This document shows, piece by piece, positions 30,121 through 39,675 of a stretch of DNA of 64,000 nucleotides; position 1 is the first letter of the stretch; each line of letters begins with the position of its first letter. The DNA comes from Candidatus Microgenomates bacterium (GTDB lineage: Bacteria; Patescibacteriota; Microgenomatia; UBA8517; JACQJR01), in the NCBI GenBank assembly GCA_016204995.1, contig JACQJR010000001.1:305132-369131 (forward strand), given 5' to 3'. Position numbers and translations under genes: made by a program. The notes beneath the pieces are model-generated. The model ran no database searches. It worked only from the letters and a program-made list of their open reading frames with translations, and was not told where the DNA came from.

Positions 30121-30879
30121 TAATTTGATATCTTCCCAAGTAACAAGTAGGGGGACTGCGATGAAGGGAGAAGAATAAGTGCCGGTGATGGTACCAATCA
30201 ACAGAGCAATATTAAACCAGAAAATGGTTTTACCACCCAATAAAACCAGTGCTACCAGCACAAAAATAATCGTTAGAGAATTATTTAGCGACCGCACCAT
30301 GGTTTGCGATACTGCCAGATTGGCCAAATCATAAATATTTCCTCCGACTTTTCTTTTCAGCTCCCGAATCCGATCAAAAACCACGATAGTGTCATAAACC
30401 GAAAAAGCCCGGGTAGTCAAAAGAGCTGTCACAAATAAAGTATCAGTAGGGGCATTGGAAAAATGCCCCATTAGAGAAAATGCCCCAATTAAAATAAAAG
30501 TGTCATGAAGTGTTGCCAAAATTGCCGAAATACCGAATTGGAAACTTTTAAATTGCCAGCCAATCCACAGTAAAATACCCAATTCCACAATTATTAGGGC
30601 CGTCAGGGTTTTCATAAAAATTTCTTTGGAAAAAGTGGGGCCGACACTTTCAAAACGGGTGATTACGGCGTCTTCTCTTTGGGCTTGCTCTTGAGTAATA
30701 GTAGAGGAAATTTTTTCTGTAAAATGACTACCATCACTCTTTTTTTGATACTCAATCACTGTACCACCAGTAAAATCAATAGAGAAATTCATTTTCCAGG
30801 CAATTAAAGAAAATATGCCGATGCCTAGTAGCAAGCCGGAAAAGGCAAAATAAATTAGTCTGTATTTAATCCAATCCAT
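30103..30879 (-). CDS. secF: Protein translocase subunit SecF (start corrected to 30879)
   Basis: IDFTGGT, SVGPT, DTIVVFDRIRE, GTYSSPFIA. Confidence 0.96.
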   Translation of the reverse strand: MDWIKYRLIYFAFSGLLLGIGIFSLIAWKMNFSIDFTGGTVIEYQKKSDGSHFTEKISSTITQEQAQREDAVITRFESVGPTFSKEIFMKTLTALIIVELGILLWIGWQFKSFQFGISAILATLHDTFILIGAFSLMGHFSNAPTDTLFVTALLTTRAFSVYDTIVVFDRIRELKRKVGGNIYDLANLAVSQTMVRSLNNSLTIIFVLVALVLLGGKTIFWFNIALLIGTITGTYSSPFIAVPLLVTWEDIKLLIKRR

Positions 30880-30978
30880 AGCTCTCCCTTCGGTAGAGAA
30901 TACTACCAATAGTTACCAATAATACAAATTTCAAATATCCAATCATTGGTACTTATTGGTATTTATTTGAAATTTGTA
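30880..30978 (-). promoter_or_regulatory. Structured intergenic repeat element, copy 1 (secD-secF), ending in an SD hairpin
   Basis: Similar to 56344-56444 and 56559-56647; contains the perfect 18-bp IR TAATACAAATTTCAAATA/TATTTGAAATTTGTATTA. Confidence 0.85.
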
Positions 30979-32268
30979 TTATTTCCTCCGTGCGAAAGTA
31001 CGGAGGAGTGTTCTGGTAATTACGATGCCGGTAAATAAACTAAGTAATACTCCAATAGCCAAAGTGGCGGCAAAGCCGCGAATCGGCCCGGAAGTATGCA
31101 AAAACGACCAGTCTAAAGGATTAAAAAGAATAAAACTGGTCAATAAAATGACAAAGTTAGCATCCCGAATGGAATTCCAGGCCCGACCAAAAGCAACTTC
31201 AAGAGCTTGGCTAAATTCCAAACCTAATCTTTTTTCCTCCTTAAACCGCTCAAAAATTAAAATGTTACTGTCAACTGCCATCCCTACTGACAGTAAAAAT
31301 CCGGCAATGCCCGGCAGGGTTAGTACAATGGGAACCAATTTAAATAAAGCCAAGACGAACACACCATACATAACCAGTGTCATCGCCGCAATAACACCAA
31401 GTCTGCCATAATATGCAATCATAAAGACAGCTACCGCTATAATTCCCACCAGACCTGCTCTAACTGACAAATTGACTGATTCTTGACCCAAAGTTGGCCC
31501 GACTGTTCTTTGCTCAATAATTTTTAAAGGTATGGGAAGAGAGCCAGAATTAAGTTGAATAACTAATCTTTTGACCTCATCCAAAGTAAAATCTCCGGTA
31601 ATGACTGCCCGACCGCCGGTGATTTTGTCTGACACCACTGGGGCCGAAATAACTTGATTATCCAGTAAAATCGGCATCGCCTTGCCAATATTTCTGCCGG
31701 TTAACTCGCTAAATTTTTTGCCACCTTCGTCACTAAAAGTTAGCCCGACAATTGGTTTGCCGGTTTGCGAATCAAATTCCACCTGGGATCGCACTAAATC
31801 AGCACCTGTTAAATCTGTGGTGACTAGTTTTTCCTCTACCACCTCGGCAAAGACCAATTGGGCGGTTTGACCAATTAAATTGGCCGCTTCGGTCACGTCA
31901 CTCACACCAGGCAAATCTACATTAATGCGAAAATTATTGTTTGTTTTAACTGCCTGTACCACCGGCTCTGACACTCCAAATAAATTAACTCGTCTTTCTA
32001 CCGTACCGGCGGCCGCGGCTAGGGCATCATCACGATTTTCTATCTTGATTTTACTCATATCAGCTTCAAAAACTAAATGGCTGCCGCCGGCAATATCCAA
32101 ACCAAATTTGGTATTTAAATCCCGCTCTATGGATAAACTGCCTAAGTGCCAGGAAATTCCCGGCAGATTAACTGAAAAACTACCAATCTTAAAGTTACGA
32201 GGCAGGACCACAAAGGTAGAAATCAAAAGGAAAATAATTATCAAAAGAAGCAATCGGGAAGGTTTCAT
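30979..32268 (-). CDS. secD: Protein translocase subunit SecD
   Basis: GLDIAGG, RRVNLFGVSEP, VGPTLG, GMAVDSNILIFER. Confidence 0.97.
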   Translation of the reverse strand: MKPSRLLLLIIIFLLISTFVVLPRNFKIGSFSVNLPGISWHLGSLSIERDLNTKFGLDIAGGSHLVFEADMSKIKIENRDDALAAAAGTVERRVNLFGVSEPVVQAVKTNNNFRINVDLPGVSDVTEAANLIGQTAQLVFAEVVEEKLVTTDLTGADLVRSQVEFDSQTGKPIVGLTFSDEGGKKFSELTGRNIGKAMPILLDNQVISAPVVSDKITGGRAVITGDFTLDEVKRLVIQLNSGSLPIPLKIIEQRTVGPTLGQESVNLSVRAGLVGIIAVAVFMIAYYGRLGVIAAMTLVMYGVFVLALFKLVPIVLTLPGIAGFLLSVGMAVDSNILIFERFKEEKRLGLEFSQALEVAFGRAWNSIRDANFVILLTSFILFNPLDWSFLHTSGPIRGFAATLAIGVLLSLFTGIVITRTLLRTFARRK

Positions 32269-32269
32269 A

Positions 32270-32854
32270 CTATCCTACAAAGTTTTCTTCATCACCTAAA
32301 ATCATTACCTTGCTGCGGGCTAACACCTCAAGTAAAAAAGGATCGCGGCGTTTTTTGCGAAATTCAAATTCTTCTTTCGTCATCGGCGTATAGTTAATTT
32401 CTTCATTTCTCTTCTTTTGTTCCTCCCGAATGAGTTGAACCAACTCCGGTAGTACCACATCACCTACCAAGAGTACATCAACTTCATCAGAATTTTTGCG
32501 AGGCAGCCATCTGGTAAAGCGGCCGGAGAACATGACATACGATAGTTTACCCAGTTTTTCTTTATTTTTACGAATCGCCCCCCCCAGTCCCGAAGTTTTA
32601 GTAACTAAAGCCATCAGTTCTGAAAAAAAGGGATAATCAGTGCGAATTGCATAATAAACCCGGTTGCCCCGACCTTCCCGCCGCAGCATTCCCACCTCTT
32701 CCATCCGGGCCAGTTCGCGCCTGATGGCATTGATTTCTTCTTCTGTCATCCGCACCAACTCCCGCACATGGTGCATTTGCTTAGGATTGCCGTAAAAAAT
32801 TTCCAGTAATTTTATTCTGGATTGGGAAACAATGAAATCCGTCAGGCTTGCCAT
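32270..32854 (-). CDS. Winged-helix regulator with a degenerate nucleotidyltransferase-like C-terminal domain
   Basis: HVRELVR..EINAIRREL wHTH; DEVDVLLVG..EINY. Confidence 0.75.
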   Translation of the reverse strand: MASLTDFIVSQSRIKLLEIFYGNPKQMHHVRELVRMTEEEINAIRRELARMEEVGMLRREGRGNRVYYAIRTDYPFFSELMALVTKTSGLGGAIRKNKEKLGKLSYVMFSGRFTRWLPRKNSDEVDVLLVGDVVLPELVQLIREEQKKRNEEINYTPMTKEEFEFRKKRRDPFLLEVLARSKVMILGDEENFVG

Positions 32855-32868
32855 AGATTAGGGGCAGG

Positions 32869-34053
32869 TTAGTATGTGACTTTAGTACCGGTGGGTAGGA
32901 CTTCTATCCAAATTTTTCCAGGAACAAAAGGAATTTCCTTGCCTGCCGTATCTACAAATTTGGTGCGGGAAGTCCGATCGGCTTTTTTCCAAGTTCCCCG
33001 AATAACATTGCCATTTTGAAAGATAATCGCCTCGCCCGAACCGGTTGTTTGATAAAGCAGGTGTTTATTTTTATCAACCGGCCCTTGTTCTTTAGTAAAC
33101 ATAATTACCACGTTGGCCGCTTGAATTTGTTCATTATTATTCAAATCGGTATGAGGCTTACCTCCATTTTCCCTCTTCCAAAGTCCTGTTGCAGCATCTA
33201 ATATCCACACCACGTCATAATCAACTTGGTTTTGCCAGAAAGGAAAGGAAACTTTGGTCACCTGACCTACTGATGCCGCATCTTTGAACTTCCAGAGTAC
33301 AAACTGGCTATCCCATGCTTTGCCTTTTTTATCTTTATTCCCAAATCCCCGCTCCTCTGCCTGTTTATAGGCAAGATCTGTTGACATCGTCATTGTGTGT
33401 TCTGTAGCAACCGGATGATCTAGGCGGTCATAATTTCTGGCAAATAGGGGAAAGCCTGAATCAAGACCGGTGTCAAAATCATTACCCCCTTTGACCCGCC
33501 AGCCAATATCCACCAGTTTTTCTATGGCTCGCGCCGCTTTGACTGTATCACCCGTTACGTTTAAATCATTTGCCCCGCCGACATGGGCAAAAATTGGTTT
33601 TTCTCCATATTCAGAAGCCCAATCAATATAATAAACCCGCACCGAACGAACTGGTGCGAGTAACACATCTTCAGCCGCGGCTCCGCAATAAAATATGGCT
33701 AGAAAACGGGTAATGCCTCCTTCTGCTACTGCTTCGTAAACTACATCAGCGCTGGTTATGCCAGATTGGGGCCTGGCTTCTGCATGATTTTCAATCATCA
33801 CTGTCAAAGGTCGTCTTTTCTCCCAAATTTCCCGTTCAGCTTTAGTGAACTTCTCACCATTTAAAGGACAAGTCTCGGTTTTAGGAGCGGTTTTGTCAAT
33901 CGCTACTCGCTTTTGTTCCGCCTCTTTGGAAGTAGAGCCGCCAGGTTTTAAGACATAAGCAAATACCAGCCAGGACAAACCGGCCGCCAATAAAAATAAT
34001 CCTAATAGCGTGGCGCCAATTCTTAAATTCTGTGATGTAATGAAACTCTTCAT
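32869..34053 (-). CDS. DUF3048 (YerB-like) membrane-anchored protein
   Basis: RPLTVMIENH..ARPQSG..EGGITRF. Confidence 0.9.
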   Translation of the reverse strand: MKSFITSQNLRIGATLLGLFLLAAGLSWLVFAYVLKPGGSTSKEAEQKRVAIDKTAPKTETCPLNGEKFTKAEREIWEKRRPLTVMIENHAEARPQSGITSADVVYEAVAEGGITRFLAIFYCGAAAEDVLLAPVRSVRVYYIDWASEYGEKPIFAHVGGANDLNVTGDTVKAARAIEKLVDIGWRVKGGNDFDTGLDSGFPLFARNYDRLDHPVATEHTMTMSTDLAYKQAEERGFGNKDKKGKAWDSQFVLWKFKDAASVGQVTKVSFPFWQNQVDYDVVWILDAATGLWKRENGGKPHTDLNNNEQIQAANVVIMFTKEQGPVDKNKHLLYQTTGSGEAIIFQNGNVIRGTWKKADRTSRTKFVDTAGKEIPFVPGKIWIEVLPTGTKVTY

Positions 34054-34088
34054 TTTTTACTAATTACTAAGCTCTAACCTCTAAATTA

Positions 34089-34547
34089 CTATCTCTTAGC
34101 TAACTGTATCACATGCGCCTCCTCTTTGGAAAGCTCTGTTTTGCCTACTCCGCGGACGACGTCTTTGACATAAATTCTGGTTGTCTCCCTGGCATGTAAT
34201 CCAGTAATAACTACTCCCGACTCTTCTTCATTTAATAAACATAAAGCAAAAGATTGGTTGCCGCCCGCATCCCGAAAAGGATTAAAACGAACCAAACCAA
34301 TTTTTTGAATGTGCTTTAAATCTTTTTTCCTAATCTGAATTAGGGCTTCATCTAATTTAACTACCTCTTCTGATGTCTTATTTAAATTAGTAAGTAATCC
34401 TTCCAGTAATTTGCGAATATCACCGTTTTTGGCTTTGCCAAAAAAGCGGCGAAATTGAGTTTCGCGGTAAACTGTCCAGCCAGTTAAGGCGGCCAGCCAA
34501 ACTGCCAGTAGCCCGGGCAGCCACCAATTAACATTACTCGCCAACAT
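34089..34547 (-). CDS. DUF4446 family protein
   Basis: KIGLVRFNPFRDAGGNQSFALCLL. Confidence 0.9.
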   Translation of the reverse strand: MLASNVNWWLPGLLAVWLAALTGWTVYRETQFRRFFGKAKNGDIRKLLEGLLTNLNKTSEEVVKLDEALIQIRKKDLKHIQKIGLVRFNPFRDAGGNQSFALCLLNEEESGVVITGLHARETTRIYVKDVVRGVGKTELSKEEAHVIQLAKR

Positions 34548-34617
34548 TTAAACTCATTCATTCTAAAGAAAGGCTAGACCAGTTGTCAATAAACTATTTT
34601 TAGGTTAATATCCAATT

Positions 34618-34887
34618 ATGGCTAGAAAAACCCGCAAAGAGAAAGAAAGAGCCCAACTCCATCACCAACAAATTAGCGCACGGCCAGGCGTAACCTTCAG
34701 CTTTGTCAAGGGGGAATTTACCACAACAGCTTCATCTATTAATCTCCCAGTTTCCAAGATAAAAAGTAATGAAAATACTTACCAATCTTTAATTTCAGGT
34801 TCAATCCGGCAAGACTTAAATAAAACTTTTTTATTAGCTTCATTTATCTTCTTAATTGAGGCTATGTTATACTGGCTCTGGAAGTAA
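34618..34887 (+). CDS. Hypothetical protein, basic N-terminus and C-terminal TM
   Basis: 89-aa ORF. Confidence 0.65.
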   Translation: MARKTRKEKERAQLHHQQISARPGVTFSFVKGEFTTTASSINLPVSKIKSNENTYQSLISGSIRQDLNKTFLLASFIFLIEAMLYWLWK

Positions 34888-34926
34888 ATTTCCTGTCCCA
34901 ACAGGAAAGGAGGTGACTTAAGAGAT

Positions 34927-35064
34927 ATGGCAATGTATTGTGTTAAATGTCGTGCTAGCCGCGAAGGCAAAGATTTGCAAAAGGTAACCATGAAGAATGG
35001 TAAACCAGCCACTAAAGGCAAATGCGAAGTGTGCGGCACCACGATGTTTAAGATTGGTGGCTAA
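34927..35064 (+). CDS. DUF5679-family zinc-ribbon protein, 45 aa (not in the ORF track)
   Basis: MAMYCVKCRASREGKDLQKVTMKNGKPATKGKCEVCGTTMFKIGG; strong SD AAGGAGGTGA. Confidence 0.88.
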   Translation: MAMYCVKCRASREGKDLQKVTMKNGKPATKGKCEVCGTTMFKIGG

Positions 35065-35085
35065 TACCACTGACTTTTGAATTTC

Positions 35086-35123
35086 AAGAAATTACTCCAA
35101 GTCTTTTTGGGGTAATTTCTTTT
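35086..35123 (+). terminator. Intrinsic terminator
   Basis: AAGAAATTACTCCAA..TTGGGGTAATTTCTT followed by Ts. Confidence 0.65.
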
Positions 35124-35183
35124 GTCCTCTAAACTCCTTTTGGGGATTGACAATTAATTTATAGCGAGCAAAATTTATTAAAG

Positions 35184-36104
35184 ATGCATCTCCTGGCTGC
35201 TTTTATTTTGTTGGTTGGTTTGGTCACAGGACTAAATTTAGTTCGCGAAAAACCGCTTCCCAATCCCGATATTAAGGTTCTCCCAGCTTCTACCAGTGAT
35301 TGCCGCAATGCCGATTTTAACGGAGACAACCAAGTTAACATTTATGACACAATTTTAATTGGCCAAAATTTTAATAAAACAGTTCCGCCGGCCGAGGAAA
35401 AATATGATCTTAGCCACAATGGTATCATCGATCAGGCGGATCTGGAGCTAGTCAAAACCTGTTTTGGTCAAAATTTGGCCGAACCGACCGCTCCTCCCTC
35501 TCCTACTCCTCAACCACCTGACAAACCTGAACCTACGATAGGAATTGGCACTCCCACACCCATAGCTACGCCCATTAGATTTCCTACCCCGACTCCCATC
35601 CCTCTTCCCACCGAACCACCCCTACATACGCCGGGCTTATCACCAGCACCGATAACTCAAGCAAGATATTTTAAATACACATCTAAAGGCGACTCCAATG
35701 GAAGTTTTATAGTAAAAATGATAGATCAAACCACTATTCAACAAGCGCTTAAAGACATTAGTGAACAACGTCTAATAGTAGGTGGCATTGTAAATGCAGG
35801 CAATGGAGGATTTAATTCGCCCTGGAGCTGGCATCTTGATCCCAGCACGATAGTGTTGGGTGAAAGTTTCGTGGAAGCCTGTGACGCCCAGCCATCTTAC
35901 GTAGAAGCCCATCTGACAGACTGGCTGGGAAAAATGTATTGTCCCTGGAATGCGAGAATCAGCTCTGAAGTATCACCTTCGGTAACAAACTCCACTCCTG
36001 CATCATTTTCGCCTTCACATCTAACTCGTCAAGAAAGTAAACCTCAAACCAGCGGTTTATTTAATACAGTTAATAACTTCCTGAAAAAACTCTTCGGCCT
36101 CTAA
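35184..36104 (+). CDS. Surface protein: TM anchor, dockerin-like EF-hand pair, Pro-rich linker, BP74-like domain
   Basis: DFNGDNQVNIYD and DLSHNGIIDQADL; WSWHLDP..EACDAQP..YCPW. Confidence 0.8.
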   Translation: MHLLAAFILLVGLVTGLNLVREKPLPNPDIKVLPASTSDCRNADFNGDNQVNIYDTILIGQNFNKTVPPAEEKYDLSHNGIIDQADLELVKTCFGQNLAEPTAPPSPTPQPPDKPEPTIGIGTPTPIATPIRFPTPTPIPLPTEPPLHTPGLSPAPITQARYFKYTSKGDSNGSFIVKMIDQTTIQQALKDISEQRLIVGGIVNAGNGGFNSPWSWHLDPSTIVLGESFVEACDAQPSYVEAHLTDWLGKMYCPWNARISSEVSPSVTNSTPASFSPSHLTRQESKPQTSGLFNTVNNFLKKLFGL

Positions 36105-36538
36105 CTTTCCATAATTATCGTCACGGGGCCGTCAAGGGTAGCGGAAATTTCCATATACTCTCCAAACTTACCTGTTTGAACTTTAACTCCTAAATTTTTT
36201 AGCTCCTCAACTAATTTTTCGTAGATTGGCTGGGCTACTTCTGGTCGGGCAGCCTGGATAAAACTAGGGCGGTTGCCACCAGAAGTATCAGCATACAAAG
36301 TAAATTGGGAAACTGCCAGCATTTCACCATTAACGTCACTTACTGTTAAATTCATTTTGCCTGCCCCATCAGCCATCACCCGTAATTTAGCCAGCTTTTC
36401 TGCCAACACTTTAGCTTGATCTGAAATATCGCCTTCTTTTACTCCCACCAAAACAAATAAACCTTTTCCGATAGAAGAAATCGTTTGATTATCTACCGCG
36501 ACTTTCGCTTGCGACACTCTTTGGATGATAAGCTTCAT
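36101..36538 (-). CDS. dtd: D-aminoacyl-tRNA deacylase
   Basis: IQRVSQA, VSQFTL, GNRPSF, DGPVT. Confidence 0.97.
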   Translation of the reverse strand: MKLIIQRVSQAKVAVDNQTISSIGKGLFVLVGVKEGDISDQAKVLAEKLAKLRVMADGAGKMNLTVSDVNGEMLAVSQFTLYADTSGGNRPSFIQAARPEVAQPIYEKLVEELKNLGVKVQTGKFGEYMEISATLDGPVTIIMES

Positions 36539-36542
36539 GAAG

Positions 36543-37001
36543 TTAGAATCTAGCGATAGCTACTTTAACCAAAGTCCAAAAAAGGTTATAAAATCCTCCC
36601 ACCCAAAAAATGGTATTAAGAGTCACGCCGGCAATAGCCAGTAAATACGCTCTTTTACCGCGTACACCCAATAGCCAGATTAACGGCGCTCCCACCATGG
36701 CCGGTCCGGAAATAATATAGGCAATCAAAATGGCTAAGGATTTGCCCACCTTGGCGCTTAATTTTTCCAGTTTCACAATAGTCCACTTTTTAGTTTGTTT
36801 TTTAACCCAGGAAGAAAATTCCTTTTCCATTCCTAACAGATGAAGAAAAATTATATTGAAAGTGGAAGTTAATACTATCATCACCACTATAGCCTTCACC
36901 ACCCCCATATGCACTAGAATGACATTGGCTATCACTGTCAAAATAAAATCCATTAGCGGCCAAAAGCTAATTAAGAGGGTTCGTCTGACAAAAATGTCCA
37001 T
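36543..37001 (-). CDS. Membrane hypothetical protein
   Basis: Four hydrophobic segments. Confidence 0.65.
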   Translation of the reverse strand: MDIFVRRTLLISFWPLMDFILTVIANVILVHMGVVKAIVVMIVLTSTFNIIFLHLLGMEKEFSSWVKKQTKKWTIVKLEKLSAKVGKSLAILIAYIISGPAMVGAPLIWLLGVRGKRAYLLAIAGVTLNTIFWVGGFYNLFWTLVKVAIARF

Positions 37002-37010
37002 TATATTTCT

Positions 37011-38552
37011 TTATTCTAGCAGATTTTCCGACTTTGGGCGATACTGCAAAGCCTCGGCCAGATGAGTAGTTAAAATTTCTTTGGAAGCGGCTAAATCAGC
37101 AATAGTCCGGGCTACTTTAATCACCTTGTAATAGGAACGGGCCGACAGATTAAGTTGGGCCGTGGCCGCCGTCAGTAATTTCTGAACTTGTGCATCCAGG
37201 CCGCAAAACTGACGCACCATTTTGGTAGTCATTTCGCTGTTTGAGTTGATCTTGGCTTTTTTAAATCGCGCTTGCTGCAAGTTGCGAGCTTTTTGCACCC
37301 GGGCTTGAATCATTTTAGAACTTTCGGCGTTTTTGCTTTTACCTACCAGTTTTTCCACCGCCACCTCCGGCACCTCCACATGAATATCAATTCTATCTAA
37401 AATAGGCCCGGAAATTCGCTTTTGATAGCGGGAAATTAAGCCGGGCATACATTTACAGGGACGGCTGGGCGAGCCATAGTAGCCGCAGGGACAGGGATTG
37501 GCCGCAGCAATTAACATAAATTGAGCGGGGTATGCTACGCTGCCGCTAACGCGGGAAATAGAAACGATCCCATCTTCCAAAGGTTGCCTTAAAGCCTCAA
37601 GAACGTGTCGGGGAAATTCGGGAAATTCATCCAAGAAAAGCACTCCCCTGTGAGCCAGTGAAATTTCTCCTGGCATCGGTTTGGTACCGCCACCAATTAA
37701 ACCATTTCGGCTAGTGGTATGATGAGGACTGCGAAAAGGCCGATGACGCACTACTGACTGGCCCGGTGATAAATTGCCGGTAATGGAATAAATTTTCGTC
37801 ACCTCCATGGCTTCATCTTCTGTTAAATGGGGCAAAATGCCGGCGAACGATCTAGCCAGCATGGTTTTACCTGCCCCCGGCACTCCTTTCATAAAAACAT
37901 TATGACCGCCGGCAGCGGCTATTTCCAAGGCCCGTTTGACCGATTCCTGACCCTGAACTTCACTAAAATCAAATTCACCTGCGCTGACCCCATTTAATAA
38001 TTTCCTAAAAGGGATGGTTTTAGTCGGAATAAGAGTAGTCAGGCCGGTTAGGTGGCGAAAAAGGGACAGTAAATTTTCTACCCCGTAAACTTTAATGCCG
38101 GCTATCACCGCAGCTTCACTCGCGTTAACCTGCGGCAGGAAAATATTTTTAAATTTCAATTCCTTGGCCAAAAGCGCCATTGGTAAAATCCCAGCTGTAT
38201 GGCGCAATGATCCATCCAGAGAAAGTTCGCCTAAGAATAATGAGTCGCTAAACTTAGTCACATTTAGTTGACCCTCGGCGGCCAAAAGCCCAATGGCAAT
38301 CGGCAAATCAAAAGCCGGCCCTTCTTTGGGTAAATCGGCAGGGGCTAAATTAACGGTAATTTTTCTAGGAGGAAAGTCTGCACCGGAGTTTTTGATGGCC
38401 GCCCGCACCCGCTCTTTGGCCTCTTCCACCGCCTTATCCGGTAAACCCACAATGGTGAATGACGGCAAGCCGCCGGCCGCCACATCCACCTCCACCTCAA
38501 TAGGCACCCCGGACAACCCGGTGGTTGCCCCGGAAAACACTTTAGCCAGCAT
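37011..38552 (-). CDS. comM: YifB/ComM Mg-chelatase-like AAA+ ATPase
   Basis: VNLAPADLPKEG..FDLPIA, GAGKT, FRSPHHT, LAHRGVLFLDE, NPCPCG. Confidence 0.95.
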   Translation of the reverse strand: MLAKVFSGATTGLSGVPIEVEVDVAAGGLPSFTIVGLPDKAVEEAKERVRAAIKNSGADFPPRKITVNLAPADLPKEGPAFDLPIAIGLLAAEGQLNVTKFSDSLFLGELSLDGSLRHTAGILPMALLAKELKFKNIFLPQVNASEAAVIAGIKVYGVENLLSLFRHLTGLTTLIPTKTIPFRKLLNGVSAGEFDFSEVQGQESVKRALEIAAAGGHNVFMKGVPGAGKTMLARSFAGILPHLTEDEAMEVTKIYSITGNLSPGQSVVRHRPFRSPHHTTSRNGLIGGGTKPMPGEISLAHRGVLFLDEFPEFPRHVLEALRQPLEDGIVSISRVSGSVAYPAQFMLIAAANPCPCGYYGSPSRPCKCMPGLISRYQKRISGPILDRIDIHVEVPEVAVEKLVGKSKNAESSKMIQARVQKARNLQQARFKKAKINSNSEMTTKMVRQFCGLDAQVQKLLTAATAQLNLSARSYYKVIKVARTIADLAASKEILTTHLAEALQYRPKSENLLE

Positions 38553-38558
38553 TGCTTA

Positions 38559-39242
38559 TCACTTTCTCACCTTCTCGTACCAATCCAATAGCACTTTTGA
38601 CACCAGATCTTTAGCCCCTAGGCCAACCACCAATCCTAAAGCCAAAGCTGTGGCCCAGGAAAGCGTCTGAAAGACCGCGCCGGTCAAAGCTTCGGCCACT
38701 TTAAGTTGTGATAAAGCAGTAAAGAAAGCTACAATCAAGACTACCCAGTAAGCTAGTCTGCCGACAGGTTTTGCCGCTTCGTGATCTACGCTGGCTAGAG
38801 CTCCTCTGACTAAACCGTCAGCCAAACGGGCCACGAAAAATCCGGCTGCCAAAACCAGAGCTGCGGCAAAGACGTTGGGTACGTAGCCCAAAATCTCCAT
38901 TAAAACATTGACTACCGGCGTCAGGCCTAGGACATTGACGGCAGCGATAAAACCGATTAAAACAATCACCCAACGTACAAACTCACCGATAATCTGGCTC
39001 AAGGTCATTTTGATATCAGCCCGTTTTAAGAAAGCGGCCACTCCGGCCGCCTGCGACAATTGTTCCATTTGAGCCGCTTTGAGTAACTCCACAATCAATC
39101 TCTTGGCCCAATGAGCCGCTACCAGCATGACTCCAAAAATGATAATTGAACCGAGAACCGTGACCAAAACTGTCAGAACTCCTGGCCCCACCTGCTCCCA
39201 AGCCGAAAGAAGCGATTCCTGCCAAATTTGAAGCAAATTCAT
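38559..39242 (-). CDS. CmpX-like conserved TM-helix protein (mechanosensitive channel related)
   Basis: YVPNVFAAALVL repeated TM-helix motif, GLGAKD. Confidence 0.8.
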   Translation of the reverse strand: MNLLQIWQESLLSAWEQVGPGVLTVLVTVLGSIIIFGVMLVAAHWAKRLIVELLKAAQMEQLSQAAGVAAFLKRADIKMTLSQIIGEFVRWVIVLIGFIAAVNVLGLTPVVNVLMEILGYVPNVFAAALVLAAGFFVARLADGLVRGALASVDHEAAKPVGRLAYWVVLIVAFFTALSQLKVAEALTGAVFQTLSWATALALGLVVGLGAKDLVSKVLLDWYEKVRK

Positions 39243-39332
39243 CCTAATTTCTCACCCCCCTCCTTGTTCGTTCATCCAACCTCATTGTGAAAACTTTTGT
39301 CTCTATTTGTCAAGTGGGGAAGAAAGAATTTG

Positions 39333-39658
39333 TGCTTTGGAGGTTGGTAAGCCAGGTTCTGTTTCCCTGCCTGCGCAGGCAGGTAGACAATCATCTTTCT
39401 AACGCCCTCATCCTCGGTCCTCGGGAAAGCATCCTAATAACGGACCAGTCGGAGGTTGCAGCGGGGAGGATTACCTCTTTTCACTCTCTTTCTCCAACCT
39501 TTCGGTTAGAAATGAGTCGTAGTCTCTGTGGCTCTAACTAGGTACATTCATGTAACTGAACGTACTGCCGGCTTGCGCCGACCACCCTGCTTTCAGCTGC
39601 CTGGACTTTCCTCTACATTCATGTAACTGAACGTAGCGATTGTCCTGCCTCCAAAGCA
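39333..39658 (-). ncRNA. rnpB: RNase P RNA (compact bacterial type)
   Basis: Minus strand GAGGAAAGTCC and ACAGAACCTGGCTTA (P4); P1 TGCTTTGGAGG/CCTCCAAAGCA; P2 GACAATCG/TGATTGTC. Confidence 0.96.
39366..39383. repeat. 18-bp palindrome copy at the P19 position of RNase P RNA
   Basis: Identical to 8275-8292. Confidence 0.93.
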
Positions 39659-39675
39659 GGATTATTATACCATTT

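Noticed and set aside
39287-39541. 84-aa ORF on the + strand
   Set aside because: It is antisense to RNase P RNA and has no protein features.
39644-39660. CCTGCCTCCAAAGCAGG at the rnpB 5' end as a sixth palindrome copy
   Set aside because: Only the 5-bp arms match, and the sequence is constrained by P1 pairing; likely coincidence.
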